Below, piece by piece: positions 1 through 14,180 of a stretch of DNA of 64,000 bases. Each line of letters opens with the position of its first letter. Within the stretch, counting starts at the first letter, position 1. A program made the translations under genes and the position numbers. The stretch is from Octopus vulgaris. Lineage: Eukaryota. The notes beneath the pieces were generated by a model. It did not search any database and had not been told where the DNA came from. It was given only the letters and a program-made list of their open reading frames with translations. The stretch covers positions 110,484,001 through 110,548,000 of the forward strand of contig OX597818.1 in NCBI GenBank assembly GCA_951406725.2. Reading direction: 5' to 3'.

Positions 1-172
1 ATTTAAATAAAAGGGTTAGGAACCATTGTTCTAAAGTATATTTTGCTAATTTATGTTCCAAACACTAGAATAATTTGGACATAATTATTTTACTAAATTT
101 TTATTATTTTCAAAATTCATTGAATCAAAAGCAATGTATATACTTCAGCAGAATTGTGGTAGCAAAGGGTTT
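1..172. mobile_element. Right end of a putative piggyBac-type MITE, truncated by the window edge
   Basis: Ends in GGTAGCAAAGGGTTTAA, resembling the GGTAAAGGG-TTAA terminus of the element at 50276-50859. Confidence 0.35.
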
Positions 173-1175
173 AAAAGGGTTGACGGAAGGAGTCAGTAAT
201 GCAAATCTTATAAAGCAAAGATCCACAGTAAATACCAGAAGACATCTTGTCTGCTAATCTCATTGCAAAAAGAAAACTGAAAATAATTTCATTCAGTCAA
301 TTAATGAGATATTTCAATTCCGGCAGTAGGGGAGACTAATTTGGATACGTTCCTTTCTTATCGTATCTTACTCTGAGTCTTTTTCATCTCATAAGAGCAT
401 CTAATATCTTGTATTAGCATAGAAATCGTGTTAGTATTTAATGAATATCAGTATTTAAGAGAATGTCATACAACAAGCCATCAGCCTGTATTATTTACTG
501 AAAATAATTAATGTAGAGGCAGAAATGGTCTACGTGCACCTAAGCGAGAGATATTTGGAAACAAAACCTTGTTAGAACGATGTTGATCTTTGTACTGATC
601 TGTTTGTTTCTGTGCATGAAATCTTCATCGTGCAACCAGTTTTTCATCCATTACTATTCCGTCTTCCTCTCTGGTATAATAGCCATTGTATTCATTCATT
701 TTTAAGAAAGAATTATATATTCAATTCAAAATTCTAAAAAAATAAATTTTTTTCTTTAACCAAATAAATCATTCCACTGTGTGAATGATTGAAACTTTTG
801 TTCTGTGGTGATTCTGGCAATGGAAAACAAACACTGCGTGAGTTTCAATCACAAAGGAACATTGTATTAAAATAGAAACCCATATACCAATTTTTCCAAA
901 TAACCTTAACAAAACAATTCACATTGAACATATTTGAATACCGCAACAAATGTTTTTTGCTTGCTTTTTGGTTTTTCCAAAAAATAGAAGCAGAAATAAG
1001 AAGAATATAATTTTAAAGCATCATATTCGTCTGTTCGTTAGTTTATACATTCAAAACTATATATGTAATCTTTGTAGCAGAAATAAAAATACATGAAAAC
1101 ATTTTTGCCATTGACGATATTGCTTCAAGAATTCATATTTGTATAATCATATATATTTTCATAGTGAAATACATT

Positions 1176-1567
1176 CTCTCTTTACTCTTTTACTCTTTTA
1201 CTTGTTTCAGTCATTTGACTGCGGCCATGCTGGAGCACCGCCTTTAGTCGAGCAAATCGACCCCGGGACTTATTCATTGTAAGCCCAGTACTAATAAGTG
1301 ACGGGGACGTAAACACACCAGCATCGGTTGTCAAGCAATGCTAGGGGAACAAACACAGACACACAAACATATACACACACACTTATATATATATACATAT
1401 ATACAACAGGCTTCTTTCAGTTTCCGTCTACCAAATCCACTCACAAGGCATTGGTCGGCCCGGGGCTATAGCAGAAGACACTTGCCCAAGATGCCACGCA
1501 GTGGGACTGAACCCGGAACCATGTGGCTGGTTAGCAAGCTACTTACCACACAGCCACTCCTGCGCCT
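1176..1567 (-). mobile_element. tRNA-derived SINE family A with internal microsatellite
   Basis: Minus strand: A-box-like TGGCTGTGTGG, B-box-like GGTTCAGTCCC, CORE-like CTTGGGCAAGTGTCTT, internal (TA/GT)n, tail GACTGAAACAAGTAAAAGAGTAAAAG; many copies in the window. Confidence 0.9.
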
Positions 1568-1884
1568 ATTCTTTGTAAAATAATTAAAATATAAAACAAA
1601 TATTTTTCCAGAATGGTATTACTTCATTTGTTCCAGTCTTTGCTCTTTGTCCACTTAACCCGTAAGATCCTTCATTCCTTTTCTTGCTTTATAAATATGA
1701 ACTCATGAACTCCATAGCCTTTCATATCCAACATATGAACCGACGCTTCTACGATTTCCTTACCGACAACAAATGCGCAAAAAATATCGGGTTACCGGTC
1801 ATCATCCGATCCCTCCCGCTCAGATTGTCTGAATATTTTAATGCTGTCTATTGCGTTTTTGTTCCATTTATATATATATATATG

Positions 1885-2087
1885 TTGAATCGTTAGCTCC
1901 TGCACGCATTTTTTTCTCTCCTTGTTTCTCTCCTTGTTTCTTTTCTGTGTATCTTTCTGTCGAAGAGCGTAGGCTCGAAACGTAAAAGACTTGTTTTATT
2001 TCTATTCCTGAGCGCCATACTAATACAATTGTTTGTTTGTACTCCACCTGCCTTCGTCTTTTATTTATTTTCGTAAACCTTCCCGTT
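1885..2087 (+). mobile_element. Short (TA)n-flanked Penelope-type terminal element carrying a hammerhead-like motif
   Basis: Lies between (TA)n tracts; shares the hammerhead and downstream CCTGAGCG..TAATAC motif with 6271-6545 and 48181-48360. Confidence 0.65.
1952..1989 (+). ncRNA. Minimal type-I hammerhead ribozyme motif, variant core CUGUCGA
   Basis: TCTTT-CTGTCGA-A-GAGC-GTAG-GCTC-GAAA-CGTA-AAAGA: stems I and II pair, palindromic ACGT stem III, GUA site; A6 replaced by U. Confidence 0.6.
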
Positions 2088-2570
2088 ATATATATATATA
2101 TATATATAAATGCATGTTTGTATGTATAAAATATATTTGTATGGTATATAAATGTATATAATATAAATGTATGTACATACGTACATATATACTCGTGTCT
2201 TGTAGGTGGCAATTGATACAGAAAGAAGCACTTATCTTTTCACTGTGTGTGTGAGGGGATTAGAAAATTTAATTTGAAATCAAGGACTACGGAACGGATA
2301 GAAAGGGTGCGCACATATAACTTGCTTTTTATTTCTGAAGATGTTCGAATAATTCCTAGTTAGACATAAGGATGATAATCGTACTGGACATCATTATCAG
2401 GACAATTTCATGTTTTTTTAAGTATTTGCAATATGACTTAGCTTATTAATATGTTAATTAGATGTATTACGAAGATAGACTCATTACAATAAAATAAAAG
2501 ACGAAGATAATTAGAGACTGGAGGAAAATTATAGAATATCTTTTTCTTTCAATTGTGGTCGTATGCTTAG

Positions 2571-2575
<5 letters not shown>

Positions 2576-2627
<52 letters not shown>

Positions 2628-2722
2628 AGAGAAAAGAGAGAAAGAAGAGAGAGAGAAGAGAGAGAGAGAAAAGAGAGAAAAGAGAGAAAGAAGAGAGGGA
2701 GAAGAGAGAGAGAGAGAAGAGA
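2576..2722. repeat. (GA)n and degenerate purine tract
   Basis: Direct reading. Confidence 0.95.
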
Positions 2723-3434
2723 GTGGGGGAGAAACCTCATAGTATTTACGTAGAGTAGTAACAGTTCCTGTACAGTTCTCATCCCCCATATACTTACATA
2801 CATACATACATACACACATACATACATACATACATACATTTTGCTTCCGTAAGTCAGCGCTCTTCCACTTCACACCTTTCTCTTCCCAGACACATTCCTT
2901 CCCATTATCCTCCGATAATTTCATATTAAGGTCTGTTTCCTTTTGAATTTCTCATTTTGTTTCTCTCCCTGCTCTCCCTATCTTCGCATTCGTCACCCGA
3001 CCTCACCTTCACCCCATCTTCCAGTTTTTATTATGTTGTTTCTTGCTACAACATTTTATCCCTTCACCCTCTTACATTAATTACTTTCACATCGCCCCTT
3101 TCCCTAACTACCTCTAATCCCACCTCTTTATGCCGAATACACTGCTCTTTTCCTCTCTTTCTTCTCACCTCTACCACTCTTCATTTCACTTTTATCTCTC
3201 CCTTTTCTAATTCGAATTTCTACAGTCGTACTATTGGCATTTATATTCTTTCTCACGAACTACAAATTTACGATTCGTTGAGTTATAAACTTCTCCAGGC
3301 AAATCAATTCAAAGTAATTTAATTGTTCCTTCCACGTCTCTTGTGTTATATGTGTATTCGTCGTAGCTGGAATATATATGTGGAAAATATTGTGATATAC
3401 CTGATATATTCATGAGCTGACATATTTCGACTGG

Positions 3435-3453
3435 TATATATATATATATATAA

Positions 3454-3521
<68 letters not shown>

Positions 3522-3611
3522 TATATAGCCCGCTAGAAAAGATGTTTTCCTGGGGTTAAAAGGGAGCAACATGATCATACGGAGCACACTGCCACCCTAC
3601 GTTGGCATATG

Positions 3612-3679
<68 letters not shown>

Positions 3680-3718
3680 TATATACATACGTATATGTAC
3701 ATACTTACATATATATAT
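3435..3718. repeat. (TA)n tracts flanking a ~80 bp unique island
   Basis: Direct reading. Confidence 0.9.
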
Positions 3719-3721
3719 CTA

Positions 3722-4128
3722 TTCTTTTAATTGTTTCAGTCATTTGACTGTGGTCATGATGGAGCACCGCCTTTAGTCGAGCAAATCGAGCCCAGGATTT
3801 ATTCTTTGTAAGCCTAGTACTTATTCTATCGGTCTCTTTTGCCGAACCGCTAAGTTACGGGGACGTAAACACACCAGCATCTTTTGTCAAGCGTTGTTGT
3901 GGGGGGGGGGGGACAAACACAGACACACAAACATATACACGCATACATATATATAAACATACATATATACGACGGGCTTCTTTCAGTTTCCATCTACAAA
4001 ATCCACTCACAAGGCTTTGGTCTGCCCGAGGCTATAGTAGAAGACATCTGCTCTAGGTGCCACGCAATGGGACTGAACCCAGAAGCATGTGGTTCATAAG
4101 CAAGCTACTTACCACACAGCCACTCCTA
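3722..4128 (-). mobile_element. SINE family A
   Basis: Colinear with 1176-1567. Confidence 0.9.
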
Positions 4129-4946
4129 TTATTATTATATATATATTCTCTTGGGAAAAAACTTTATCTTTCTTAAGATTACTGCGTATAAAACTGGACA
4201 CCAGTACAATCATCGTTAAAACCTTGGAGATTATTTGATAATGTAACAAATATGCGATTATGACATCTCCGTCAGAAATATAGATATTATTCATTTTGAC
4301 ATACATGAAATGTAAGGAGCGTAATGTCTCAGATTTTGGTGAAGAAAATAGAACTTGTTAAGTTCTATGTGATTACTTCATTGGTATTTCGAAGAATATA
4401 ATGCAAAGTTGATCTAGGTGGAATTTGAATTCAGAAAGCAAAACGCTTTTTAAAGTTATTTCTACAAATTTTCGATAGAAATTAGAGCTAGCACTGAATG
4501 TTACGTGGTTTCGTATACGTCTATGTAAACATTGCGATCAACGATGGGAAAATAAGTAATGGGTGTATTTGCATATTTCAGGAATTCTTGCTCCTTCCTC
4601 AGCACCACATCTACACCATTAACCATTCATATGATAACCAGTAAATTTAGCGATGTACCACAATTCGATGGACCAAATTTCTATATAAAACACGTTCCTG
4701 GAAATTAGTACATTTATATTAAATGCTAGTAGGGAGATTCTATTTCGTTAAGCTGCCACAATATATTACTAAGTATATTAAAGTCTTTATAAGTCAATGC
4801 TGTGTACTGCCTGTGTTAGCAGTGCAATTAAGTCGAACATATACAATTAAATCCAAGTAAATTTCCAAATACTTTTGGGGTTTTTTTCTTACGCAGTGTC
4901 CAACGCTTCAGTCCATTCATCCCCGTTTTTTACCCAAAAATTATTG

Positions 4947-5071
4947 AGGCGCAGGAGTGGTGTGTGGTATGTACCTTGCTTACGAACCACAGGATTCCGT
5001 GTTCCGACCCATTGCGTAACACCTTGTGAATGGATTTGGGAGACGGGAACTGAAAGAAGCCTGTCGTATAC

Positions 5072-5114
<43 letters not shown>

Positions 5115-5335
5115 TGTGTGTGTGTCTGTGTGTCTGTGCTTGTCCCCCAACATCGCTTGACGACCGATGCTGGTGTGTTTATGTCCACCGTAACATAGCG
5201 GTTCGGTAAAAAAGATCGATAGAATAATTACTAGGTTTACAAAGAATAAGTCCTGGGGTCGATTTGTTCGACTAAAGTCGGTGCTCCAGCATGGCCGCAG
5301 TCAAATGACTAAAATGAATAAAAGAATAAAAGAAT
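4947..5335 (+). mobile_element. SINE family A with internal (GT)n
   Basis: GGCGCAGGAGTGG head, GGAACTGAAAGAAGCC, (GT)n, CCAGCATGGCCGCAGTCAAATGACT tail. Confidence 0.9.
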
Positions 5336-6176
5336 TCTTTCCAAGACCGTGAGTATATGTCGCCAGAAATCGTATTGCTGATCACTTATTTTATCCATCT
5401 TGACACCTTTGGCGATTTGAACACAGAATGTAACCAAATGCCACTTGGAAATTCTCGCCTGTCAATTATTTTTCTCTCATTTTTTTTTTTAACCGCGCCA
5501 CTGACCATCACACATAGCAGTGATAGTAATGATTATTGCTTCAAATTTAGGCACAATGCCAGCAATTTTAAAGGAAAAGGCAAGTTAATAACGCCTACTC
5601 CATTGCGTGATTGATAGTTTGTTTCATTGATTCGGGAATGATGAGAAATCGAGTTACCCTCGGATGGATTTAAACTCAGAAAGTCGTGATCCGGAAAGAA
5701 AAAAATACCGCAAAGCATTTTACCCTACGCGGCAACGGTTTAGTTATTCAACCGTCCAAACAATGATGATATTCATGATAAAAATGCAGCGTAGAAGAGA
5801 ATAAAGAAGGGGAAGAGGAAAGGAAGGAAACAATTACAAAAGGAAGCAATAAATATGTAAATAAATACATAAACGTCGATAAACAATCTGAACTGATTTA
5901 TCATAAAGCAAATAAAGGAAATGGTCGACAATTAATGGAGACTAGCACAAGCGTATCTTTTGAAATTGTCTCCAAAAGATTATATCATCTTTGCAGAAAG
6001 GATGTAAAGAACAGATAATGTTAAAGCAGACAATTATGGAGAACAACAAAAAGAGACTTGAGATATCATACAAAAATATCCTGGCGGAGGATTAAAATAT
6101 CACCGTCTGTTACAGAGGCGCCTTTAGAGGTATCCATTCTACTGGAAGTACTTGGGTCATATCAGAGCCCGCGAGG

Positions 6177-6270
<94 letters not shown>

Positions 6271-6272
<2 letters not shown>

Positions 6273-6541
6273 TTAATCCAAACATGAAAACACAAAGAGG
6301 AAAAACAACAACGTGAGGACGTGGAACAAGTATAGTATTATTGGACGCTCAGGAAAGAAGGAAAGAAGGAGAGTTAAACGTTTCGAGCGGAGCTCTTTGT
6401 CAGAAACATAGGAATAGGAAAGATCCGAGGAAGGGAAGACGGAGGAAAAAAATCGTCCGTGATACACACGCGGTCACATAGTGAATGCCTTTCTTTCCCT
6501 CTTTTGGGTTAGTGGGTATCCTCGATGCCTGAACAGGCGGG

Positions 6542-6545
<4 letters not shown>
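6271..6545 (-). mobile_element. Penelope-type terminal element with decayed hammerhead (6373-6407)
   Basis: Minus strand: GTTT-CTGACAA-A-GAGC-TCC-GCTC-GAAA-CGTT-TAAC (G8>A), then CCTGAGCGTCCAATAATAC; flanked by (GT)n and (TA)n. Confidence 0.6.
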
Positions 6546-6612
<67 letters not shown>

Positions 6613-6624
6613 GCCGGCAAATAT

Positions 6625-6846
6625 TGATTTCAAATTTTGGTACAAGGCAAAAAGCCAGCAATTTCGGTGGAGTAGTTTAATCGATTACATCGCCTCCCAG
6701 TACACAACTGGTACTTATTTAACGACCCCGAAAGGATAAAAGGCAACGTCAACCTCAGCAGAATTTGAACTTAGAACGTGAAGAGTGACGAAATGCCGCT
6801 AAGCTTTTTTCTTGGCGTGCTAACGATTCTGCCACCTCGCCGCCTT
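6625..6846 (-). mobile_element. tRNA-derived SINE family B
   Basis: Minus strand matches the in-window consensus GGCGGCGAGCTGGCAGAATCGTTAGC..GAGTTCAAATTC..GACTTTGCCTTTCATCCTTTCGGGGTCGATAAAATAAGTACCAG. Confidence 0.85.
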
Positions 6847-7569
6847 CATGACGATGATAATATCAACATGAGCAGTGAACTTTTGTGGCCCTTACAATAC
6901 TTCACGGCTTGAAGTTTACGCTTTTAGAATCCGAAAGCAGGAAATATCTCACAAGTGTCAACTCAACAAACAGATCAAACGGAACGCTTAAACCATTGAA
7001 ATGCAACTGCGAAGACTTATTATGTCACTTTTGGTGGTGCTATTAAGTTAGACATGGCCTGGACCAATCTTTGGTCGAAACATATCTAAGTTTATCAAGT
7101 TTATGCGAGCGGCACAACAGATGTAATCAGCCTTCTTGTCTTTTTTTAATGGATGCAGTTGTAGGACTGCGGCCATACTGGAGCACTGCCCTAATTCACT
7201 TTCTACTATATTTTTTTTTGTTTTTTTTGTGAGTAGAAGTTGGTGCATGATTGAATTCGTAGCAGCTGATCGTCCCTGGGCGTATCCATGAATGGGCGGC
7301 AGAGCTATTTGCTCTGAGATAATTGTGAACAACTCTCCCGTTATTGAATACATAAATATATCAACACAAAGAATATCGATGTAATATTCCCGCCAAATCT
7401 TTTAGATCTGATAAAATTATTTTTCGATGGAAAGAAAAAATATGTAAAGTCACAGAGGTTAGTTGCTCTTTGGTTGTGAACAACTTGGAGAATCAGCAAA
7501 CTGGAAACTAGACAACTACTGCAAAGGCATCATCTCTTCTATCTTAGTTATAGATTCACATTATCACCG

Positions 7570-8068
7570 GACCACGTGATCGACCAGACTACAGGAGATT
7601 TTTTTATATACAGTAATACCTCGACTACTGCAGGTGTTATGTTCCAAAACCCTGCGTGATTGGTGAAAAGCTGTGAGGGAGAAACAGATATTTTTTTCAT
7701 TATTTTTATAATTTATGGATATTTATTTTATTATAAATGCAAAACGACACAACAGAGGAGTTGACGTAAGCTTAAATAATAAACCGCGATAGGTGAAACG
7801 CGATATGGCGAGTGATTACTGTATCGCTGGTCGCAATGCACTTTGCATCCTTTTTTAGCTTTCAAATGGTGTTACCCTGCTGGCTACGCGAGTATACCAT
7901 CATCCCCCCTGATCTGAAAAGCAGTCCGTCACAGGGTAACCCATTTACAGCTAATTAAACTGGAACAAATGAAGTGCTTTGCTAAAGAACACGATACGCA
8001 GCCGATCTGGGAACCGAAACATCGATTGTGAGTAAAGCAAGCCTAACCATTAGGCGTCGCATCTTCAC
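7570..8068 (-). mobile_element. CORE-like SINE (family C type) interrupted by a Tigger-like MITE
   Basis: Colinear with the uninterrupted copy at 36670-36970 once 7611-7821 is removed. Confidence 0.7.
7611..7821. mobile_element. pogo/Tigger-type MITE
   Basis: TA target duplication; TIRs CAGTAATACCTCG / CGAGTGATTACTG; related copy in opposite orientation at 55616-55828. Confidence 0.8.
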
Positions 8069-8320
8069 AATTATTGATACACTTGGTTATGTTAATAAAT
8101 ATCTACTCGACAAACTAGGGAAGAAAAAAAACTGGCTAAATGTACTTTACTGATATGATATATAAGTCGAACAATAAAAATATGTAAAACTATCCTAATT
8201 ATCAATATGTAACAATTATCGATCTTTTTGTCCCAAATCTAGCCATGGAGCTTTTGTCTCTTTGACTAGAAATAAGTTCCGTCTTTCTAGGAAGAATTAT
8301 GATAAATAAAAATGAAGCCT

Positions 8321-8395
<75 letters not shown>

Positions 8396-8789
8396 CGTAC
8401 CAATTTTCTACGCAAATATCAAATTGCTATTTCTGCCGCCAATTATTGATAGACTCAGCTCAGTTAGAAAATATCTGAGAATTACTTCCGAAAAGCTGAT
8501 GTTTTTAAAGAAGCTGGACAGTTAATTGTACTTAGCAACACATTAAGTAGGCGGAACAGTAGAATATGCAAGGCGTTTTTAAAATTCAGCATGTAGCAAT
8601 TTATTGTTCTTGCCATCGCTTGGCCAGCGCCAGATTTTTCTATCTTCCTCACAACCGAGCTTCTTTTGTGAATTCATAGAATTTAAAACGAAAAATAACA
8701 GATGCATGGCGCGAAGAGATGAATAGCTATCCTATGAACTTTTCGTGAGTACTGTCAGCTTTGTTATGTTCAATAACTCATAATTCTTA

Positions 8790-9290
8790 CAGGCGCTGGC
8801 GTGGCTATGAGGTAAAAGGCTTCCTTCTCAATCACAAGCTTCCGAGTTCAGTCCCACTGCATGGCACCTTGGTTGGGAAGTGTCTTCTATAATAAGCTCG
8901 GGCCGACCAAAGCCTTGTGTGTAGAATTGGTAGACGGATGCGGGAGGAAACACGTCGAATATGTGTGCGTGTGTGTGTGCGCGTGTGTGCGTGTGTGTGT
9001 GTGCTCGTGTGCGTGTGTGTGTGCGTGTGTGTGTGTGTGCGCGCGTGTGTGCGTGCATGTGCGTGCTTGTGTGTTTGTGTACACTTGTGTGCGTGAGTGT
9101 GTGTGTGCGTGTGTATGTGTGCGTGTGCGTGTGTGTGTGTGTGTGCGTGACCACCGCTTCACAAAAACCAATGTTGGTGTGTTTACTCTCCCGTAACGTC
9201 GCAGTTCGGCAAAGGTGACCGATAGAATAAGTACCAGGTGTTAAAAGATAAAATGAGCTGTGGGGTCGGTTCGTACGATAAAAACTTCTT
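8790..9290 (+). mobile_element. SINE family A with long (GT/GC)n insert
   Basis: Head, core and 3' half match other copies. Confidence 0.85.
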
Positions 9291-10644
9291 CACTAGTATT
9301 GAGCGATCATGAAGAAAAGATCATTTCTTAAAGAGCATAATGATTGTCATTTCACATTTGAATTCGCTGCACAAAAGAATCAATGGCCACAGAAGTTTCA
9401 ACAACATCGACGAAAGGCAAACAAAATCACAACAAAATCACAACTTGGTAGTTTTAAAAGGAAGTGAAATTATAACTTGAATCTTTCTTGGAATTATTAA
9501 ATCAAAATAAGTTACGTAAATGGTACAAAATAGTGAAAAAATATCCCTTTGTGGACTATATTATTAAAATGAAAATATAAAATATAATAGCACCAACTTC
9601 ATCCTAAATTTATTATTTCTCAGTAAAACATTTGTGGTAACAACAAACTTTTGAACGTAAGAGGAAAGTTGACGGAGTGTAATTTTATTCCCCAAACTAA
9701 AAACAGTTCACAGATAAAATTGTTCACAAACTCATACAAATAGAACGCAAGTGCCTGAAGCAATTAAAACATCTTGTGCGATAAACACAATTCAGCCAGT
9801 GGCTGTTGTTATACCAGTTTGAAGTAAGGTTAGCCATAGTCGTCGCCTTGATAAGATCATGGCTGCCACTAGGGTTTAATGAGCGTCCAGAGTGAATAAA
9901 AGAAAACAATTCAGAGTTATTCTGCTTGAAAAATTCAAAAGGCGATTCGTTCTCTTCTAAAACTACAAGTGAAAGACTTTAAGTGGCATTTAAAAGAAAC
10001 AGATCAAATTAATGCTGACGAGAATTAACGATATTCAGAGAAAGTTTGCATTAAAAATAAGAATAATTAATCAATATTTTAACAAATATCGCCCAATTTA
10101 TATTTCTTTTCGGCAACTGATAAACAATCCCTTGAAAATGCTAAAAAAGTAAAAATTATAGACGAAAAGCATACACACAAATAAAACAGAATCATAGATT
10201 GCTAACACAGAAAAAACTGTTCGTTTATATACGGAAGACTACCAAATATAAAACAAACAAAAAGTCATGCATCTTGCTCAGGCATATTCTAAGTTAAATT
10301 ACAAGAAATGTTTGGCGGAAGCAAAGACATTTGAATTAAAGTTTATCGACCGCAAAGAAAAACAAAAACAGAGGGAAGAATCATAAGAATAATTAACCGC
10401 AAATTTAGCAATATTTAAGCAGCATCCAACAGACAGAAGATGCTGCCAATATCGATAATGGACAAAAATGTATCCTTTCGTGGAATTTGCCGCAAGAAAT
10501 GCATTTCCAAGGAAAATTATACATGGAGGAAAAGAATATAACCCTCGGAGCTCTGCAAGTAATACAAATGGTGATCTACGATGTGTTTGATGCGTCCGTA
10601 CTCTTATAAGCATTTGGACTCTGCTTGGTTGGGTATGAAACAAT

Positions 10645-10795
10645 GATTTCGAATTTTGGCACAAGGCCAGCAAGTTCGGAGTGGAAGGTTCTAGTCGATA
10701 ATGTTGGCCCCATTGCTCAACTGGTTCTTATTTTGTCAGGCAAAGTCGACTGCGGCAGAATTTGAACTCAGGATGCAAAGACAGACGCAATGCCG
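10645..10795 (-). mobile_element. SINE family B, partial
   Basis: TTTTGGCACAAGGCCAGCAA and GGCAAAGTCGAC..GAATTTGAACTCAG motifs. Confidence 0.75.
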
Positions 10796-10852
10796 CATGG
10801 AACAATAGAAAAAGTACCTAACAACTCCTCACTACCAAAAATTCTAAATTAC

Positions 10853-11075
10853 ACTTTTACTCTTTCACTTGTTTCAGTCATTTGACTGCAGCCATGATGG
10901 AGCACCGCCTTTAGACGAGCAAATCGATCCCAGGACTTATTCTTTGGAAGCCTATTACTAATTCTATCGGACTTTTTGCGCCGAACCACTGCGTTACGGG
11001 TACGTAAAAAAACCACCATCGGTTGTCAAGCGATGTTGGGTGGGGGTGCAAACACAGACACACTAACATATACAC

Positions 11076-11124
<49 letters not shown>

Positions 11125-11293
11125 CATACATATATACGATGGGTTTCTTTCAGTTTCCGTCTACCAAATCCACTCACAAAGCTTTGGTCGGCCCGAGCTA
11201 TAGTAAAAGACACTTGCTCGAGGTGCCACGCAGTGGGAATGAACCCGGAACCATGTGGTTGGTATGCAAGCTACTTACCACATAGCCACTCTT
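10853..11293 (-). mobile_element. SINE family A
   Basis: Colinear with other copies. Confidence 0.9.
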
Positions 11294-12373
11294 ACATAAA
11301 ATGTGAAGAAAAAAAAAGGTGTAGATTTAATACTGATCCAACAACTTTTAAACGATCCATCATATTCTTGCGACGCTTTCTGGTTCTAATCTGTACATTT
11401 GAAGATGTGATGTTATTTTGTGGTAGTGATTAGACCAGCTATACGATATGTAGCAGATCAGACACAGTTACAAAGTTCGGGTCTTGTCTTCCATATTATT
11501 TATTATTGTGGAAGGATTCCTACGAACCCCAAGTAACTAAAAGTGGACAGACACATTGCTAGAAAATAAAGAACTGTGAGCAATCAATTGGTAAGCAGTT
11601 CACTGCGAGCCGTTGTCAAAGAGCGTTTAATTCTCGTGTAACAGTAATCGTATTGCGTTGTATGAATACTTTCTTTCCTTCTGCTTCGTCAATTATTTAT
11701 CCAACACCAGGATATGATATTTATCTATAACACCATATTTTGATACCGTGAACACTGAGTTTCCCTGTAACAGGTGGCAGAAAGAAGAATCCTAGCTTGT
11801 AGGATTATGTCGTCTAATTATAGTAGGGGGTATTTGTGATGCCCTCTTGGGGAAGCGGTTAGCACGGCTATGCAGTTTATAGAAGTCACAACGGTCATGT
11901 CTGTAGGTGATGTCACAACGTTGTATCCATTTTCTCTCTCTTACTCTCTCTCTCTACCCCTCTCTCTCTCCCTCTCTCCCTCTCTTCCTCTCTCTCTCTC
12001 TCTTCTCATCTCCTCTCCTCTGTCTATCACTCTCTCTACAAATGCAGATACACACACATGCATACATACATACCGGTTTTCCTTACAAAAGAGAAACAAA
12101 TAGAGTAGCTAACCAGTCCGTTTTCACAATTGTGGTTAAATACTCCTTACAAAAGCAGCAAAAATCTAAACACGTGATCGGTTGTAATGAGGGAAGCTCT
12201 AAGAATTTAATCGCAGACGAATCATGTAATGGCTTGATATGCAGTAAAGTCAGTCAGACCACATGGTTCGTGGTTTAATGTATGTGGGAGCAACCAGTTT
12301 ATCTGCTTTCCTCCATGGATACCACAACACGGTTCCCCTGAAAATCTATGTAAATTATGTGTGTATGTGTATG

Positions 12374-12438
<65 letters not shown>

Positions 12439-13039
12439 ATATATTTATAAATGTATGTATTGTATTGCATTAATTAATTGAATTTTAATTTTATTATTCG
12501 GTAACCAAAAATTATTCCATTGATTTTCAAAACCGCAGAGCTACTGGTTTTGCGCAGGTAGCGTCATATGAAGTCAGGGAAGCGTAACGCCATTCTCAAT
12601 GAAATCAACATTCACCATGGAATAAAGCTAGGAGTCAGATTTAATCAACTAATGACTCCGAGGTTTAGCACGAGTCTTCTTATAATTGTTAAATATGGCC
12701 ATAGTAAAATCGTGTGCCTAGACCCTTTCTTTGTATTCCATTGGGTTTAAATTTTAAGTTCCTGGTTCTTCGCGCAGCTAAATTGAAGTGAATGCTTACA
12801 TTCTTGGATACAACGATACATAAGAGAGAACACGCAATGCAGAATAATGCTTTGAACTCATTTGATATCGTTTGATCGTTTGATATCCCCATCACAGTTT
12901 TACTGCTTGCCTCTCTCTCTCTCTCTCTCCTTTCCTCTACCTCATCACCATCTATTTCATCAAAACCATTTCCATCGCCATTATCAAATTTACTTTTTAA
13001 CCATCATCATCATCGTCTGCAACCTCATTAATATCATTT

Positions 13040-13379
13040 TGTTTCTTCTTCTTCTTCTTCTTCTTCTTCTTCTTCTTCTTCTTCTTTCTTCTTCTTCTTC
13101 TTCTTCTTCCTCCTTCTTCTTCTTCTTCTTCTTCTTCTTTTCCTACTCTTTCTTCTCCTCCTCCTCCTCCTTCTCCTCCTCCTTTCCCTCCTCCTCTTCC
13201 TTCTCCTTAGTTTTCTCCTCTTTCTTCCCCTTCTTTTCTCTTCTCCTTTCTTTTGTTTCTCTTCTTCATTACCCTCATTTTCATTCTCGTCTTTCTCACC
13301 ATCATCATTATCATCATCATCATCATCATCATCATCGTCGTCGTCGTCGTCAGCACCATCATCATCACCGTCGTCGTCG

Positions 13380-13422
<43 letters not shown>

Positions 13423-13470
13423 TATCATCATCATCATTACCATTTTCATCATCATCATCGTCATCGTCTT
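13040..13470. repeat. Compound trinucleotide array (TCT)n-(TCC)n-(CAT/CGT)n
   Basis: Direct reading. Confidence 0.9.
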
Positions 13471-13569
13471 TTCCTGCCTCATTACTGACCATGCCGATAA
13501 AACAATGCAGAAATCTAACAAAAGAGAAAACTATACTTCCCCGACATGCTCATGCACACATATATACTA

Positions 13570-13652
<83 letters not shown>

Positions 13653-13768
13653 TACTCACACGCATACCAACATATACATACATACACTCATACGAACACA
13701 GAGAAAATGACTCAGACGAGAGTCTCACATATACACACACACAGACATTGGTAAATATACATACATAC

Positions 13769-13805
<37 letters not shown>

Positions 13806-13820
13806 CATGCATATATATAT

Positions 13821-13853
<33 letters not shown>

Positions 13854-13892
13854 CTTATATACATACATACATGCATACATACATTTACATAT

Positions 13893-13933
<41 letters not shown>

Positions 13934-14180
13934 AATATGCATATATACATATATATATATGCACATATATACATATACATACATACGTTTATATATGTAT
14001 ACATACATACATGCATATTTATATACATACAGACGTGGATATCTACATACATACGTATATATATATATACATATATTCATACATACATACACACACACAT
14101 ACATACATACATACATACATACATACATACATACATACATACATGCATGCATATATACATACATACATACATACATATGC
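13570..14180. repeat. Long (CA)n/(TA)n/(CATA)n microsatellite field
   Basis: Direct reading. Confidence 0.95.

Noticed and set aside
10010-10062. CTGACGA..GAAA flanked by TTAATG/CATTAA, hammerhead-like
   Set aside because: Three extra bases before GAAA, G at the cleavage position and no valid stem III; probably chance
9300-10620. Possible decayed LINE/Penelope coding sequence
   Set aside because: Only isolated motif-like words; cannot assign with support
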